Source: Thiobacillus sp.
GTDB lineage: Bacteria; Pseudomonadota; Gammaproteobacteria; Burkholderiales; Thiobacillaceae
Length of the DNA: 64,000 bases
Direction of reading: 5' to 3'
Assembly: GCF_018780105.1 (NCBI RefSeq)
Contig: NZ_JADMKC010000005.1
Coordinates: forward strand, 16,482 to 80,481
Shown: positions 32,771 to 42,115 of the stretch, piece by piece
How the letters are laid out: each line of letters starts with the position of its first letter
Numbering within the stretch: the first letter of the stretch is position 1
Position numbers and translations under genes: made by a program
Notes under the pieces: model-generated
The model's database searches: none
Seen by the model: only the letters and a program-made list of their open reading frames with translations
What the model was told of the DNA's origin: nothing

Positions 32771-35700
32771 ATGACCCGCATGCTCACCATCGACGGCAAC
32801 GAGGCCGTTGCCCGCATCGCCTACCTCGGCAACGAGATCATCGCCATTTACCCGATCACGCCGGCGTCCAGCATGGGCGAATGGGCCGACGAATGGGCAT
32901 CGCAGGGCCGGCCCAATTTGTGGGGTGCGGTGCCGACCATCATCGAAATGCAGTCGGAAGGGGGCGCCGCCGGCGCATTGCACGGCGCGCTCACGTCCGG
33001 CGCGCTGGCGACCAGCTTTACCGCCAGCCAGGGGCTGCTGTTGATGATCCCCAACCTGTACAAGATCGCCGGCGAGTTGACGCCTTTTGTGTTGCATGTG
33101 GCAGCGCGGACGCTGGCGACGCACGCACTGTCGATCTTTGGCGACCAGTCCGACGTCATGGCCTGCCGCGCCACCGGCTGCGCCATGCTCGCCGCAAACT
33201 CGCCGCAGGAGGCGCAGGATTTCGCGGTCATCGCGCAGGCGGCCACGCTGGCCGGGCGTATCCCGGTGATTCATTTCTTCGACGGCTTCCGGACCTCGCA
33301 CGAGGTGGCGAAGATCACCGCGGTGGAAGCCGATAGCGTGCGCGCCATGCTCGACGCTGATTTGATCGCGGCGCATCGCGCCCGCGCGCTGTCACCCGAG
33401 CATCCGGTGTTGCGCGGCACCTCGCAGAACCCGGACGTGTTTTTCCAGTCGCGCGAACGCGCCAACCCGTTCTACGACCGTTTTCCGCAGATCGTGCAGG
33501 ACGCGATGAACCGCTTCGGCGAATTGACCGGGCGCCATTACACGCTGTTCGAGTATGTCGGCGCGGCCGACGCCGAGCGCGTCATCGTGCTGATGGGGTC
33601 TGGCGCCGAGACGGTGCACGAGACGGTCGATCATCTGCTGGCCCGCGGCGAAAAAGTGGGGGTGTTGAAGGTGCGGCTGTACCGGCCATTTTCGCCAACT
33701 GCATTGCTGGACGCGCTACCGCACACCGTAACATTCATCGCCGTGCTCGACCGTTGCAAGGAGCCGGGCGCCGACGGCGAACCACTCTACAAGGACGTGG
33801 TGACCGCATTGGCGCAGGCGGCGGCGGACGGCGCGCGCAGCATGCCGCGTGTCATCGGCGGCCGCTATGGTCTGGCGAGCAAGGAATTCACGCCCGGCAT
33901 GGTGAAAGCGGTGTTTGATGCGCTGCGCGCTCACTCTCTCCCCAGCCCCTCCCCTCTCAAGGGGGAGGGGCTTGATGTCCCCTCTCCCTTGAGGGGAGGG
34001 GGTGGCCCGCAGGGCCGGGAGAGGGTGGGCGCGCAGCGCCAGGATGGAGTGAAACGCCAGTTCACCATCGGCATCGACGACGATGTCACCCACCTGTCGC
34101 TGCCGTGGGACGAGACGTTCCGCACCGACGCGTCGCGCCAACTCCAGCATGCCGTGTTCTGGGGGCTGGGCGCAGACGGCACGGTGTCGGCCAACAAGAA
34201 CTCGATCAAGATTCTCGGCGAAGCCACCGACCTGCAGGCGCAGGGCTATTTTGTCTACGATTCGAAGAAATCCGGTGCGGTGACGGTATCGCACCTGCGC
34301 TTCGGACCGGCGGCGATCCGTTCCACCTATCTGATCGAGGCGGGCATGGCCGGCTTCGTCGCCTGCCATCAGCCGGTGTTCGTCGAGCGCTATGACCTGT
34401 TGGCACATGCCGCACCCGACGGGGTGTTTCTGCTCAACACCCCGGCGCCGCCGGATCAGGTGTGGGATAGCTTGCCCGAGACTATGCGCGCGCAGATCCG
34501 CGACAAGCGCCTGCATCTGTGGGTGATCGACGCCTACGCCGTGGCCGCCGAGGCTGGCATGGGGCGGCGCATCAACACCATCATGCAGACCTGCTTCTTC
34601 GCCATCTCTGGCATCCTGCCGAAAGACGAAGCGATCGCCGCGATCAAGCATGCGGTCGACAAGACCTACGGTAAAAAAAGCAAGCGCCTGGTCGAGCTGA
34701 ATTACCGCGCCATCGATACGACGCTGGCGGAGTTGCATCAAGTTGTCATCCCGGCGGATACCCTGAAGGGCACAAGCGCCGGGATCCAGTCGGATGAAAA
34801 ACGCTGGGCCCCGGCGTTCGCCGGGGTGACGGATGTCCCCGACTTCGTGCGCGATCTCACCCTGCCGATCTACCAGGGTCACGGCGATCGTCTGCCGGTG
34901 TCGTTGCTGCCGGTAGATGGCACCTATCCGCTGGGCACCGCGCGCTACGAAAAGCGCAACATCGCGCTGGAAATCCCGGTGTGGGAAGCTGACATTTGCA
35001 CCCAGTGCGGCAAGTGCGTGTTCGTCTGCCCGCACAGCGCGATCCGCGCACGCGCTTTCAGCGCTGAAGCTGCAGCCCACGCGCCGCCGGGCTTCAAGCA
35101 CGTGCCGGCCAAGAGCAAGGATTTGCCAGCCGGCACCCGCATCAGCTACCAGGTCGCGCCGGAGGACTGCACCGGCTGCGGCGACTGTGTCGAAGCCTGC
35201 CCGATTCACGACAAGTCGAATGTTTCTCGCAGGGCGGTGAACATGGCGCCGGTCGGCCCCTTGCGCGATCAGGAGCGCGACAATTTCACTTTCTTCCTGC
35301 GCCTGCCCGAGTTCGACCGTAGCATGATTAAGCATGGCACCCTCCCGGGTTCGATGCTGCTCGACCCCTTGTTCGAGTTTTCCGGCGCCTGCGCCGGCTG
35401 CGGCGAAACGCCCTACATCCGTCTTGCCACGCAACTGTTCGGCGACCGCATGCTGGTCGCCAACGCCACCGGGTGTTCGTCGATCTACGGCGGCAATTTG
35501 CCCTCCACACCCTACACGGTGAACGGCGCCGGGCGCGGTCCGGCGTGGAGCAATTCGCTGTTCGAGGACAACGCCGAATTCGGCCTGGGCATGCGGCTCG
35601 CTGCCGACCAGCTGATGGCGTATGCGAAACAGCTGGTGCGTGAACAGGCGAACGACATCGGTGGCGACCTGGCCGAGGCACTGGTCAACGCCGACCAGCG

Positions 35701-36478
35701 CGAGGAGGCGGGCATAGTTGAACAGCGCGGCCGCGTTGCCCTGCTGCTCGACAAACTGGTGGCCTCCCGCCACCCGCGCGCGAAGGAATTCACCAGCGTC
35801 GCCGAATGGCTGATCCGCCGCTCGGTATGGATCATCGGCGGCGACGGCTGGGCCTACGACATCGGCTACGGCGGACTCGACCACGTGCTGGCGTTGCCGT
35901 ACGACGTCAACATCCTGGTGCTCGACACCGAGGTCTATTCCAATACCGGCGGGCAAACTTCCAAAGCGACGCCGATCGGCGCCGTCGCCAAGTTCTCTGC
36001 CGGCGGCAAGGCCACCGCCAAGAAAGACCTCGCCAAGCTCGCCAGCGACTACAGCCACGTCTATGTTGCAACCACGGCCTACGGCGCCAAGGACGTGCAG
36101 ACCCTGCGCGTGTTCCACGAAGCCGAGTCCTACGACGGCCCCTCGCTGATCGTCGCCTACAGCCCGTGCATCGCCCACGGCTACGACCTGCTCTACAACC
36201 AGCGCCAGCAGGATCTCGCAGTGAAGAGCGGGCACTGGCCGCTGTTCCGTTCCGACCCGCGTCTGGCAGAAGCGGGCGGCAATCCCTTCAAGCTCGATTC
36301 CGCCGCGCCGAGCCAGCCGATCAAGGCCTTCATGGAATCGGAAACCCGCTTCGCCATGCTGCAGCGCAGCCATCCCGAGGCCGCGCAACGTTTCCTGGAC
36401 CAGGCGCAGCAGGACGCCGAACGGCGCTTCAAGATGGTTCAGGACATGGCAGCGGCAGAGCGCAAGCCGGACAAGTGA
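32771..36478 (+). CDS. nifJ: Pyruvate:ferredoxin/flavodoxin oxidoreductase
   Basis: IYPITPAS, MQSEGGAAG, GLGADGT, CTQCGKC, CTGCGDC, ACAGCGE, ANATGCSSIYGG, GGDGWAYDIG; two non-canonical in-frame insertions. Confidence 0.97.
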   Translation: MTRMLTIDGNEAVARIAYLGNEIIAIYPITPASSMGEWADEWASQGRPNLWGAVPTIIEMQSEGGAAGALHGALTSGALATSFTASQGLLLMIPNLYKIAGELTPFVLHVAARTLATHALSIFGDQSDVMACRATGCAMLAANSPQEAQDFAVIAQAATLAGRIPVIHFFDGFRTSHEVAKITAVEADSVRAMLDADLIAAHRARALSPEHPVLRGTSQNPDVFFQSRERANPFYDRFPQIVQDAMNRFGELTGRHYTLFEYVGAADAERVIVLMGSGAETVHETVDHLLARGEKVGVLKVRLYRPFSPTALLDALPHTVTFIAVLDRCKEPGADGEPLYKDVVTALAQAAADGARSMPRVIGGRYGLASKEFTPGMVKAVFDALRAHSLPSPSPLKGEGLDVPSPLRGGGGPQGRERVGAQRQDGVKRQFTIGIDDDVTHLSLPWDETFRTDASRQLQHAVFWGLGADGTVSANKNSIKILGEATDLQAQGYFVYDSKKSGAVTVSHLRFGPAAIRSTYLIEAGMAGFVACHQPVFVERYDLLAHAAPDGVFLLNTPAPPDQVWDSLPETMRAQIRDKRLHLWVIDAYAVAAEAGMGRRINTIMQTCFFAISGILPKDEAIAAIKHAVDKTYGKKSKRLVELNYRAIDTTLAELHQVVIPADTLKGTSAGIQSDEKRWAPAFAGVTDVPDFVRDLTLPIYQGHGDRLPVSLLPVDGTYPLGTARYEKRNIALEIPVWEADICTQCGKCVFVCPHSAIRARAFSAEAAAHAPPGFKHVPAKSKDLPAGTRISYQVAPEDCTGCGDCVEACPIHDKSNVSRRAVNMAPVGPLRDQERDNFTFFLRLPEFDRSMIKHGTLPGSMLLDPLFEFSGACAGCGETPYIRLATQLFGDRMLVANATGCSSIYGGNLPSTPYTVNGAGRGPAWSNSLFEDNAEFGLGMRLAADQLMAYAKQLVREQANDIGGDLAEALVNADQREEAGIVEQRGRVALLLDKLVASRHPRAKEFTSVAEWLIRRSVWIIGGDGWAYDIGYGGLDHVLALPYDVNILVLDTEVYSNTGGQTSKATPIGAVAKFSAGGKATAKKDLAKLASDYSHVYVATTAYGAKDVQTLRVFHEAESYDGPSLIVAYSPCIAHGYDLLYNQRQQDLAVKSGHWPLFRSDPRLAEAGGNPFKLDSAAPSQPIKAFMESETRFAMLQRSHPEAAQRFLDQAQQDAERRFKMVQDMAAAERKPDK
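33920..34039. repeat. 120-bp imperfect palindromic element inserted in frame in nifJ
   Basis: Outer 11-bp perfect IR GCGCTGCGCGC/GCGCGCAGCGC enclosing an inverted pair of CCCCTC(T/C)CCC..GGGGAGGGG units; 40 codons, no stop. Confidence 0.8.
34745..34831. repeat. 87-bp REP-like doublet inserted in frame in nifJ
   Basis: GTCATCCCGGC...GCCGGGATCCAG (34745-34789) and CTGGGCCCCGGCGTTCGCCGGGGTGACG (34804-34831); first unit 40/45 identical to the reverse complement of 36856-36900. Confidence 0.88.
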
Positions 36479-36762
36479 AACAGCCCTGCGTTTATATGCT
36501 GGCGAGCCAGCGCAACGGCACGCTCTACATCGGCGTGACGTCCGACCTGATCAAGCGGGTGTGGGAGCACAAGCAGGATCTGGTCGAAGGATTTACCAAA
36601 AAGTATGGCGTGCATGATCTGGCCTGGTTTGAACAGCATGCGGACATGCTGACCGCGATTGCGGGGGAGAAGACGCTCAAGGAATGGAAGCGGGCGTGGA
36701 AACTGGAGCTGATCGAGAAGATGAATCCTGAATGGAAGGATTTGTATGCAGGGCTGGTTTAA
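36475..36762 (+). CDS. Stand-alone GIY-YIG nuclease (95 aa)
   Basis: GTG overlaps the nifJ stop (GTGA); VYMLASQRNGTLYIGVTSDLIKRVWEHK...EKTLKEWKRAWKLELIE..NPEWKDL. Confidence 0.88.
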   Translation: MKQPCVYMLASQRNGTLYIGVTSDLIKRVWEHKQDLVEGFTKKYGVHDLAWFEQHADMLTAIAGEKTLKEWKRAWKLELIEKMNPEWKDLYAGLV

Positions 36763-36796
36763 GGGTTTTCAGGCGAAGGCCAGGTCGTCTGATTTT

Positions 36797-36999
36797 CTGG
36801 ACCCCGTGTCGTGGCACGGGGTGACGAACAATAAGGCTGAGGCTTTTTTGTCTGTCTGGGTACCGGCCCTTGTGCCCTTCAGGGTATTCGCCGGTATGAC
36901 GTCAGCTACAGGCTACTTCTCATGCACGCCACGACAGCGGAGCAAGTACAGACGCCCCTTGCATCCCGCCGTCACCCCGTGCCACGACACGGGGTCCAG
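36797..36999. repeat. Cluster of CGTC-type palindromic (REP-like) repeats
   Basis: Perfect 30-bp IR (36797-36826 / 36970-36999), long-loop unit 36856-36901, degenerate unit 36919-36946 sharing GCCACGACA. Confidence 0.88.
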
Positions 37000-37040
37000 C
37001 CAATTAAAACAGCCCAGCAACTGAATTTCAGGAGCCCCGC

Positions 37041-38054
37041 ATGATCGATCTCTCCACCGACTACCTCGGTCTCACACTCAAAAACCCGCTGGTGCCCTCG
37101 GCCTCGCCGCTGTCGAAAAACATCGACACTGCGCTGCGGCTGGAAGACGCCGGCGCCGCCGCGCTGGTGATGTATTCCCTGTTCGAGGAAGAATTGCGGG
37201 CGGAAGACGCGATGACGGATCGCTTCCTGCTGCATTCGGGCATTGGGCACGGCGAGGCGGATGGGTTCCTGCCTGATGGCGGTGATTTCCAGGGCGGGCT
37301 GGAACGCTATCTGTCGCACTTGCATCAGCTCAAGCGGCGGCTGGAAATCCCCGTGGTCGCCAGCCTCAACGGCGTCTCCCCGTCCGGCTGGGTGGAACTC
37401 GGCCGCGAATTGCAACAGGCCGGTGCCGATGCCCTGGAGCTCAACGTCTATCACGTGGCGGCCGACATGCAGCAATCCGGCGCCGAGGTGGAGGCCCGTT
37501 ACATCGAGCTGCTGACCGAACTGCGTCAGGTGGTGAGCCTGCCCATCGTGATGAAGCTGTCGCCGTACTTTTCTTCGCTGCCGCATTTTGTGAAGCAGCT
37601 GGAAATGGCTGGGGCAAACGGTGTCGCGCTGTTCAATCGCTTCTACCAGCCCGACATCGACCTCGAAGCATTACGCATGGTCGATCAGCTGCACCTGTCA
37701 CATCGCGACGAGGCGCTGCTGCGCATCCGCTGGATCGCCATCCTGCATGGCCGCACCCGCCTCACGCTGGCGGCCACGGGTGGCGTTCACGGCCTGGACG
37801 AAACCCTGAAACTGCTGCTGGCCGGCGCCGATGTGGTGCATCTCGCCTCCTGCCTGCTGCAGCATGGGCCCGACAAGCTGACCGAAATCCTGGCGTTTTT
37901 GCAGAACTGGATGGAAGAGAAGGAATACGAATCGGTCGCGCAACTGAAAGGCAGCATGAGCCAGCAAAACCTGCCCGATCCTTCGGTGCTGGCGCGTGCG
38001 AGTTATTTGCGCGTGCTGGACAGCTTTACGACGCGACCGGGCGTGTGGTCCTGA
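37041..38054 (+). CDS. Dihydroorotate dehydrogenase-like flavoprotein
   Basis: YLGLTLKNPLVPSASP, SLFEE, ALELN, MKLSP, FNRFYQPDID, ATGG. Confidence 0.88.
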   Translation: MIDLSTDYLGLTLKNPLVPSASPLSKNIDTALRLEDAGAAALVMYSLFEEELRAEDAMTDRFLLHSGIGHGEADGFLPDGGDFQGGLERYLSHLHQLKRRLEIPVVASLNGVSPSGWVELGRELQQAGADALELNVYHVAADMQQSGAEVEARYIELLTELRQVVSLPIVMKLSPYFSSLPHFVKQLEMAGANGVALFNRFYQPDIDLEALRMVDQLHLSHRDEALLRIRWIAILHGRTRLTLAATGGVHGLDETLKLLLAGADVVHLASCLLQHGPDKLTEILAFLQNWMEEKEYESVAQLKGSMSQQNLPDPSVLARASYLRVLDSFTTRPGVWS

Positions 38055-38272
38055 ATCTGCTTCGGCTACAGGCTCACAGCCCCTGTTCCGCATCGGTCCG
38101 GATGGGCATGAGGAAAGTCGTTCCCCCGGGGGCGCAAGGTTTGAGTTGAACGGGCGTAGCGGGCAGGTTATTGATCCGGCCAGTTGAAGTTTGAAGTGGC
38201 AGAAAAACTCGATCTGGCGTGGCGGTTCAACAATGGCAATAGTCCAGTCTGTCGCCTGTTATTGAACAAAAA

Positions 38273-38695
38273 TCAAACCTCTTTTTCAGGGGTGGGTTGA
38301 TTGCGCCGGGGCGGGACGTACCACCATGTGGCAGCGACGACCAGCCCAAACAGGGTGTAGACCAGCGTGAATACCCAGCCAGGCGCTTCGAAGTACAGCA
38401 CGTTCTGCAGCCAATACTCGATGAAGCTTCCCGAGTAGATTGTTTCCCGGGCTCTGGCGCGCAGCCACATTTCAATAGCGGTCAGTGGGCACGCTGCGCC
38501 AAGCCAGGATTGGGCGACAACCACCGTGATGGCGGCCAGGTGCGCCAGACGGAACCACAGAGACCTGGCCCAGCGCCAGTCGCGCAAATTGCCCACGACA
38601 ATGAAGACCAGCCCGCCCACGACAAACACGACGAAGGCGAAGTGCACAAACAGCACCGCGTCGGCGAGGAGTTGATAGGGCGGGGTGACGCTCAC
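38273..38695 (-). CDS. DUF2784 membrane protein
   Basis: LADAVLFVHFAFVVFVV, WFRLAHL, CPLTAIEMWLR, SFIEYW. Confidence 0.85.
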   Translation of the reverse strand: MSVTPPYQLLADAVLFVHFAFVVFVVGGLVFIVVGNLRDWRWARSLWFRLAHLAAITVVVAQSWLGAACPLTAIEMWLRARARETIYSGSFIEYWLQNVLYFEAPGWVFTLVYTLFGLVVAATWWYVPPRRNQPTPEKEV

Positions 38696-38792
38696 AAGCC
38701 GTGCCTGACGCCCGGATGAATCGCGGGCCCCGTTAACCGGAATTCAATCCCGCTGCGGATGTGCGTCACGGATGTCATGCTCGTGGCCGGGA

Positions 38793-39446
38793 TCAGGGAT
38801 GACGCGCGCGCTGTGCCGTCATCAAGAAAACGGGGTAGTCCCGTGTCCCGTCCTCGCGTTCCTTGGCAATATTGAACACCGTCTGAAACCGGATATCGGT
38901 AAAACCGGCCTGCGCAGCGCGCCGGCCCAGGTCGGCCTGATCGAAGCCGTGGTGCACGTCGACTTCCGGGCCGTGAAACGAGCCGTCTTCCTGGTCGAGG
39001 TCGGCGACGCACAGATACCCGCCAGGCTGCAGCAGACCGTGGAAGATACGCAGGATGGCGTCGGTGTCGGGCACATGGTGCAGCGTCATCGCGGTGGCGA
39101 TCAGGTCGAATCTTTCGGCCGGAGCCGGGTCGCTCAGCAGGTCCAGCTGCAGCGCCGTTATGTGGTGCACGTCTTGCGCGGCAATCTTCTCGCGCACCAC
39201 ATCGAGCATCCCGTTCGAGCTGTCCGCCAGCAGGATCGCGCCGAGTTCATCCTTGAGCGGAAACGACAGCAGGCCCGTGCCGCAACCGTAATCGAGCGCA
39301 CGCATCTGCGGATGCAGAGGCACGGCCTGGCGGATGGCCTGCGCGATTTTCAGCCCGCGTTCACGGAACACCGGGTTGTCGTCCCATCGGCGGGCTTTGC
39401 TGTCGAAATGTGAAGCGTCGAGCTTGGTGGGGGGCATGTGGGTCAT
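38793..39446 (-). CDS. Class I SAM-dependent methyltransferase
   Basis: FDSKARRWD, LDYGCGTG, LHHVPD, ADLDQEDGSFH; start uncertain. Confidence 0.88.
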   Translation of the reverse strand: MTHMPPTKLDASHFDSKARRWDDNPVFRERGLKIAQAIRQAVPLHPQMRALDYGCGTGLLSFPLKDELGAILLADSSNGMLDVVREKIAAQDVHHITALQLDLLSDPAPAERFDLIATAMTLHHVPDTDAILRIFHGLLQPGGYLCVADLDQEDGSFHGPEVDVHHGFDQADLGRRAAQAGFTDIRFQTVFNIAKEREDGTRDYPVFLMTAQRARHP

Positions 39447-39460
39447 GGTGAGGCGAGGTT

Positions 39461-40597
39461 TCAAAGGGATTGGGTCTGGTTGCGGCCATGGGCCTTGGCC
39501 TTGTAAAGCGCCCGGTCTGCGCGGGTCTGCAAAGCCGCCAGCGAGTCATCCTGACCCAGCCATTCCGAAATGCCAATACTGACAGACCAGGCGATCGGCT
39601 GGCCTGTTTTTCCTGCCTGGTGCAGGCGGTCGGCTGTGAGCATGGCGTGTTCGGCATCCGTGTCCGGGAGGATGGCCATGAATTCATCGCCGCCAAAACG
39701 CGTGAGCCGGTCGGTCTCCCGGAGCGCGGTTTTGGCCTTGCCGGAAAAATCGACCAGCACCTTGTCGCCCTCAAGGTGGCCGTGCGTGTCGTTGATGTTC
39801 TTGAAATTGTCCAGATCGATAAGCATGATCGACAGCTTGTTGTCGTGACGTTTGGTCCAGGCAATTTCCCGCTGCAGCTCTTCCATCGCCGCTTTTTTGT
39901 TGAGGCATTGCGTCAGGTCGTCGTAGCGGCTGATGAATTCCAGGTCCCGGTGCAGTTTTTCAGCGGCGAGCAAGATGAGGCTGATCGTTCCTAGCGGAAT
40001 CGTGATGGAAGGAATGGCGATATAGACAAGCTGCGGAATCGAGGGGTCGAACACACCCACAGGCTGATCGAATCCGAGCATCAAGCCGCCCAGCCGGACG
40101 AGCCTGGGCACGACCAGGATAACCAGCGAAGCGACCAGGATATGGCGTCCTGTCGTTGGGGGCAGTTTCTTCAGCACAAAAACCAGCTGATCGAGAATGA
40201 CGACGAGGGTAAACAGGCTCATGGTCGCAATCCGCATCCCGATATTCGGGTGGATGAAGGTGAACCACACAAACAGCGAAACATAGGCAAGCACGAACAA
40301 AACCAGCGCCACCCGGTTCGACCGGGGTGGCGCCCCTGCAAATTTCCTGACGCCCTGATTCATCATCATGAAGCCGATCAGGATCATCAGATTGGCCAAC
40401 ACAATGCTGAATACGTCCGGAATCACGCCCCTGGCAATGAACAGCGGCAGACTGAGTCCGATGACGAGCGCGGCCGCACTCCATTCGGTCAGGCCGCGTA
40501 TGCTTTTGGGATAGGTCTTCGCAATCGTGAACAGGATCGCGCCCATGGCCAGCGCCACAAAGCACGAGATCGTCAGGATTATCAGGGGGGCGTTCAT
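39461..40597 (-). CDS. Membrane-bound diguanylate cyclase
   Basis: Multi-TM N-terminus; DDLTQCLN, DLDNFKNINDTHGH, RFGGDEF. Confidence 0.9.
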   Translation of the reverse strand: MNAPLIILTISCFVALAMGAILFTIAKTYPKSIRGLTEWSAAALVIGLSLPLFIARGVIPDVFSIVLANLMILIGFMMMNQGVRKFAGAPPRSNRVALVLFVLAYVSLFVWFTFIHPNIGMRIATMSLFTLVVILDQLVFVLKKLPPTTGRHILVASLVILVVPRLVRLGGLMLGFDQPVGVFDPSIPQLVYIAIPSITIPLGTISLILLAAEKLHRDLEFISRYDDLTQCLNKKAAMEELQREIAWTKRHDNKLSIMLIDLDNFKNINDTHGHLEGDKVLVDFSGKAKTALRETDRLTRFGGDEFMAILPDTDAEHAMLTADRLHQAGKTGQPIAWSVSIGISEWLGQDDSLAALQTRADRALYKAKAHGRNQTQSL

Positions 40598-40713
40598 GGG
40601 GGTGGTTTGTGTGTTGCCAGGTCGATTGCTGCATCGGAAGCAATGCTCGTCCTGGATGAGTCGGGACAGAAACCGCCATTATCCTAGGGAAATGCCTGGT
40701 GTGTTTCAGCTCG

Positions 40714-41265
40714 CTACAGTCGATTTGTTCCGCGATCAAAAATATTCGGGTCTGGCTGATCCGGGTTTTGCAGCACGGCCGCCCAGCGTGCCAGCTTTTC
40801 TTCAAACGGCATCGCTGCATGGGCCGGGCTGGTGGACGGCAGCGTTGCGGTGCGGATGGCGCGCAGACCGGCCGGCAAGCCGGGCAGCACCTGCCGGCGG
40901 AAGAGGTCGGCCGCCTTGCCGCCGTTGAAGCCGATCAGGCCGATGCCCGGATGGTTTGCAAGGAACGCGGTCAGGTCGTTCGGCACCACGCTCGAATGCA
41001 CGATCGCGGCGTCGAGGCTGCCCGGCCGTTGCGCAGAAGCGCAGACATCCCACAGCGCGATCCCGTTCAAGACAAGGCGCTGCGCGCGTTCTGCGTAAGG
41101 CCGTTCCGGGCCCGCGTCGAACAGCCGGCCCATGATTTTCCAAAACGCGTTTTGCGGCTGGGCGTAATACTGCTGCCGCTGCAGCGATACCTGTCCGGGC
41201 AGGCTGCCGAGAATCAGAATGCGCGCGTGCGCGTCGGCGATGGGCGGGAAACACTTGTCATGCAT
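40714..41265 (-). CDS. DNA-deoxyinosine / mismatch-specific glycosylase (UDG superfamily)
   Basis: ILILGSLPG..SL...QYYA.PQNAFW, ALWDV, FNGGKA, LPSTSPAHA. Confidence 0.88.
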   Translation of the reverse strand: MHDKCFPPIADAHARILILGSLPGQVSLQRQQYYAQPQNAFWKIMGRLFDAGPERPYAERAQRLVLNGIALWDVCASAQRPGSLDAAIVHSSVVPNDLTAFLANHPGIGLIGFNGGKAADLFRRQVLPGLPAGLRAIRTATLPSTSPAHAAMPFEEKLARWAAVLQNPDQPDPNIFDRGTNRL

Positions 41266-42115
41266 AGACTGACTCGCCCCGTTCAAAACACGTCAGCCGC
41301 ACATCCACGCTGAGCGACAGCGCCGTCAAGGCAGCGGCCTGTGCGCGGCCCTCTGCGCTGGCGCGGTAGAGATGCGGCGTCATCGTCAGCAGATCGGCAA
41401 TCTGTTCGGCGCTAGTCAGATCGATCGAGAAGCGCAGCGCTTCCGTCGGTAGGCGGCTGAAGCCTGCCGGGGTGGGCGGCTCGGCCGTGCGTTCCGGTTT
41501 CAGGCTGGGGTAGATGATCTCGCGCAGCTCGCGCAGATGGTCCGGCCCGGCATCGACCTGCAGCAGTCGACCGCCCGGCTTCAACACCCGCGCAAACTCC
41601 GCATACACCGGGAAGCCGAACATGCACAGCACGCGATCCAGCGTGCCCGGCAGCACCGGGAGGTTGGCGTTGCTGCCCACCACCCAGTTGGGTCGCTGGT
41701 CCTGTTTGGCCGCCGACAATACCGCCCATTTGGAAATATCCAGTCCCAGCAACGCCAGCGTTTGCCCCTCCGGCACCGCTGCCGCCAACTGGCGCAGGTA
41801 GTAGCCTTCGCCACAGCCGGCATCGAGACAACTGATGCTTGCGTCAGCAGGCAGATCGGCCAGCACCGCCCGGCTCACCGCAGCGGCAACCGGCTGGTAA
41901 AAGCCGGCCGCCAGAAAACGCCGCCGCGCCGCGATCATCTCCTTGCTGTCGCCCGGATCGCGTGAGCGCTTGTTTTGCACCGGCAACAGATTCGTGTAGC
42001 CCTGGCTGGCGATGTCGAAACTGTGGCCGGTCGCGCAGCGCCAGGCGGAACCGGTGCAATGCAAGGGTGTGCCGTCCAGCGGACAGGCCAGTGCCTGGAA
42101 TGGGGTGATGCTCAT
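41258..42115 (-). CDS. RlmA-like putative RNA methyltransferase
   Basis: N-terminal CPLDG...C..GHSFDIASQGY zinc knuckle, GDSKEM, LDAGCGEGYY, MTPH. Confidence 0.88.
   Translation of the reverse strand: MSITPFQALACPLDGTPLHCTGSAWRCATGHSFDIASQGYTNLLPVQNKRSRDPGDSKEMIAARRRFLAAGFYQPVAAAVSRAVLADLPADASISCLDAGCGEGYYLRQLAAAVPEGQTLALLGLDISKWAVLSAAKQDQRPNWVVGSNANLPVLPGTLDRVLCMFGFPVYAEFARVLKPGGRLLQVDAGPDHLRELREIIYPSLKPERTAEPPTPAGFSRLPTEALRFSIDLTSAEQIADLLTMTPHLYRASAEGRAQAAALTALSLSVDVRLTCFERGESVYA

Noticed and set aside
36797-36999. CRISPR array
   Set aside because: Units are in opposite orientations with unequal length and spacing; no cas genes.
38055-38272. Hidden ORF or ncRNA between convergent genes
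   Set aside because: No convincing start/RBS, motif or stable structure; GCTACAGG matches to 36905 and 49233 are too short.
38775-38803. Possible degenerate copy of the CGTC repeat at the methyltransferase 3' end
   Set aside because: CTGATCCCGGCC..ATGAC resembles the family but one stem arm is missing; cannot be separated from chance in GC-rich DNA.
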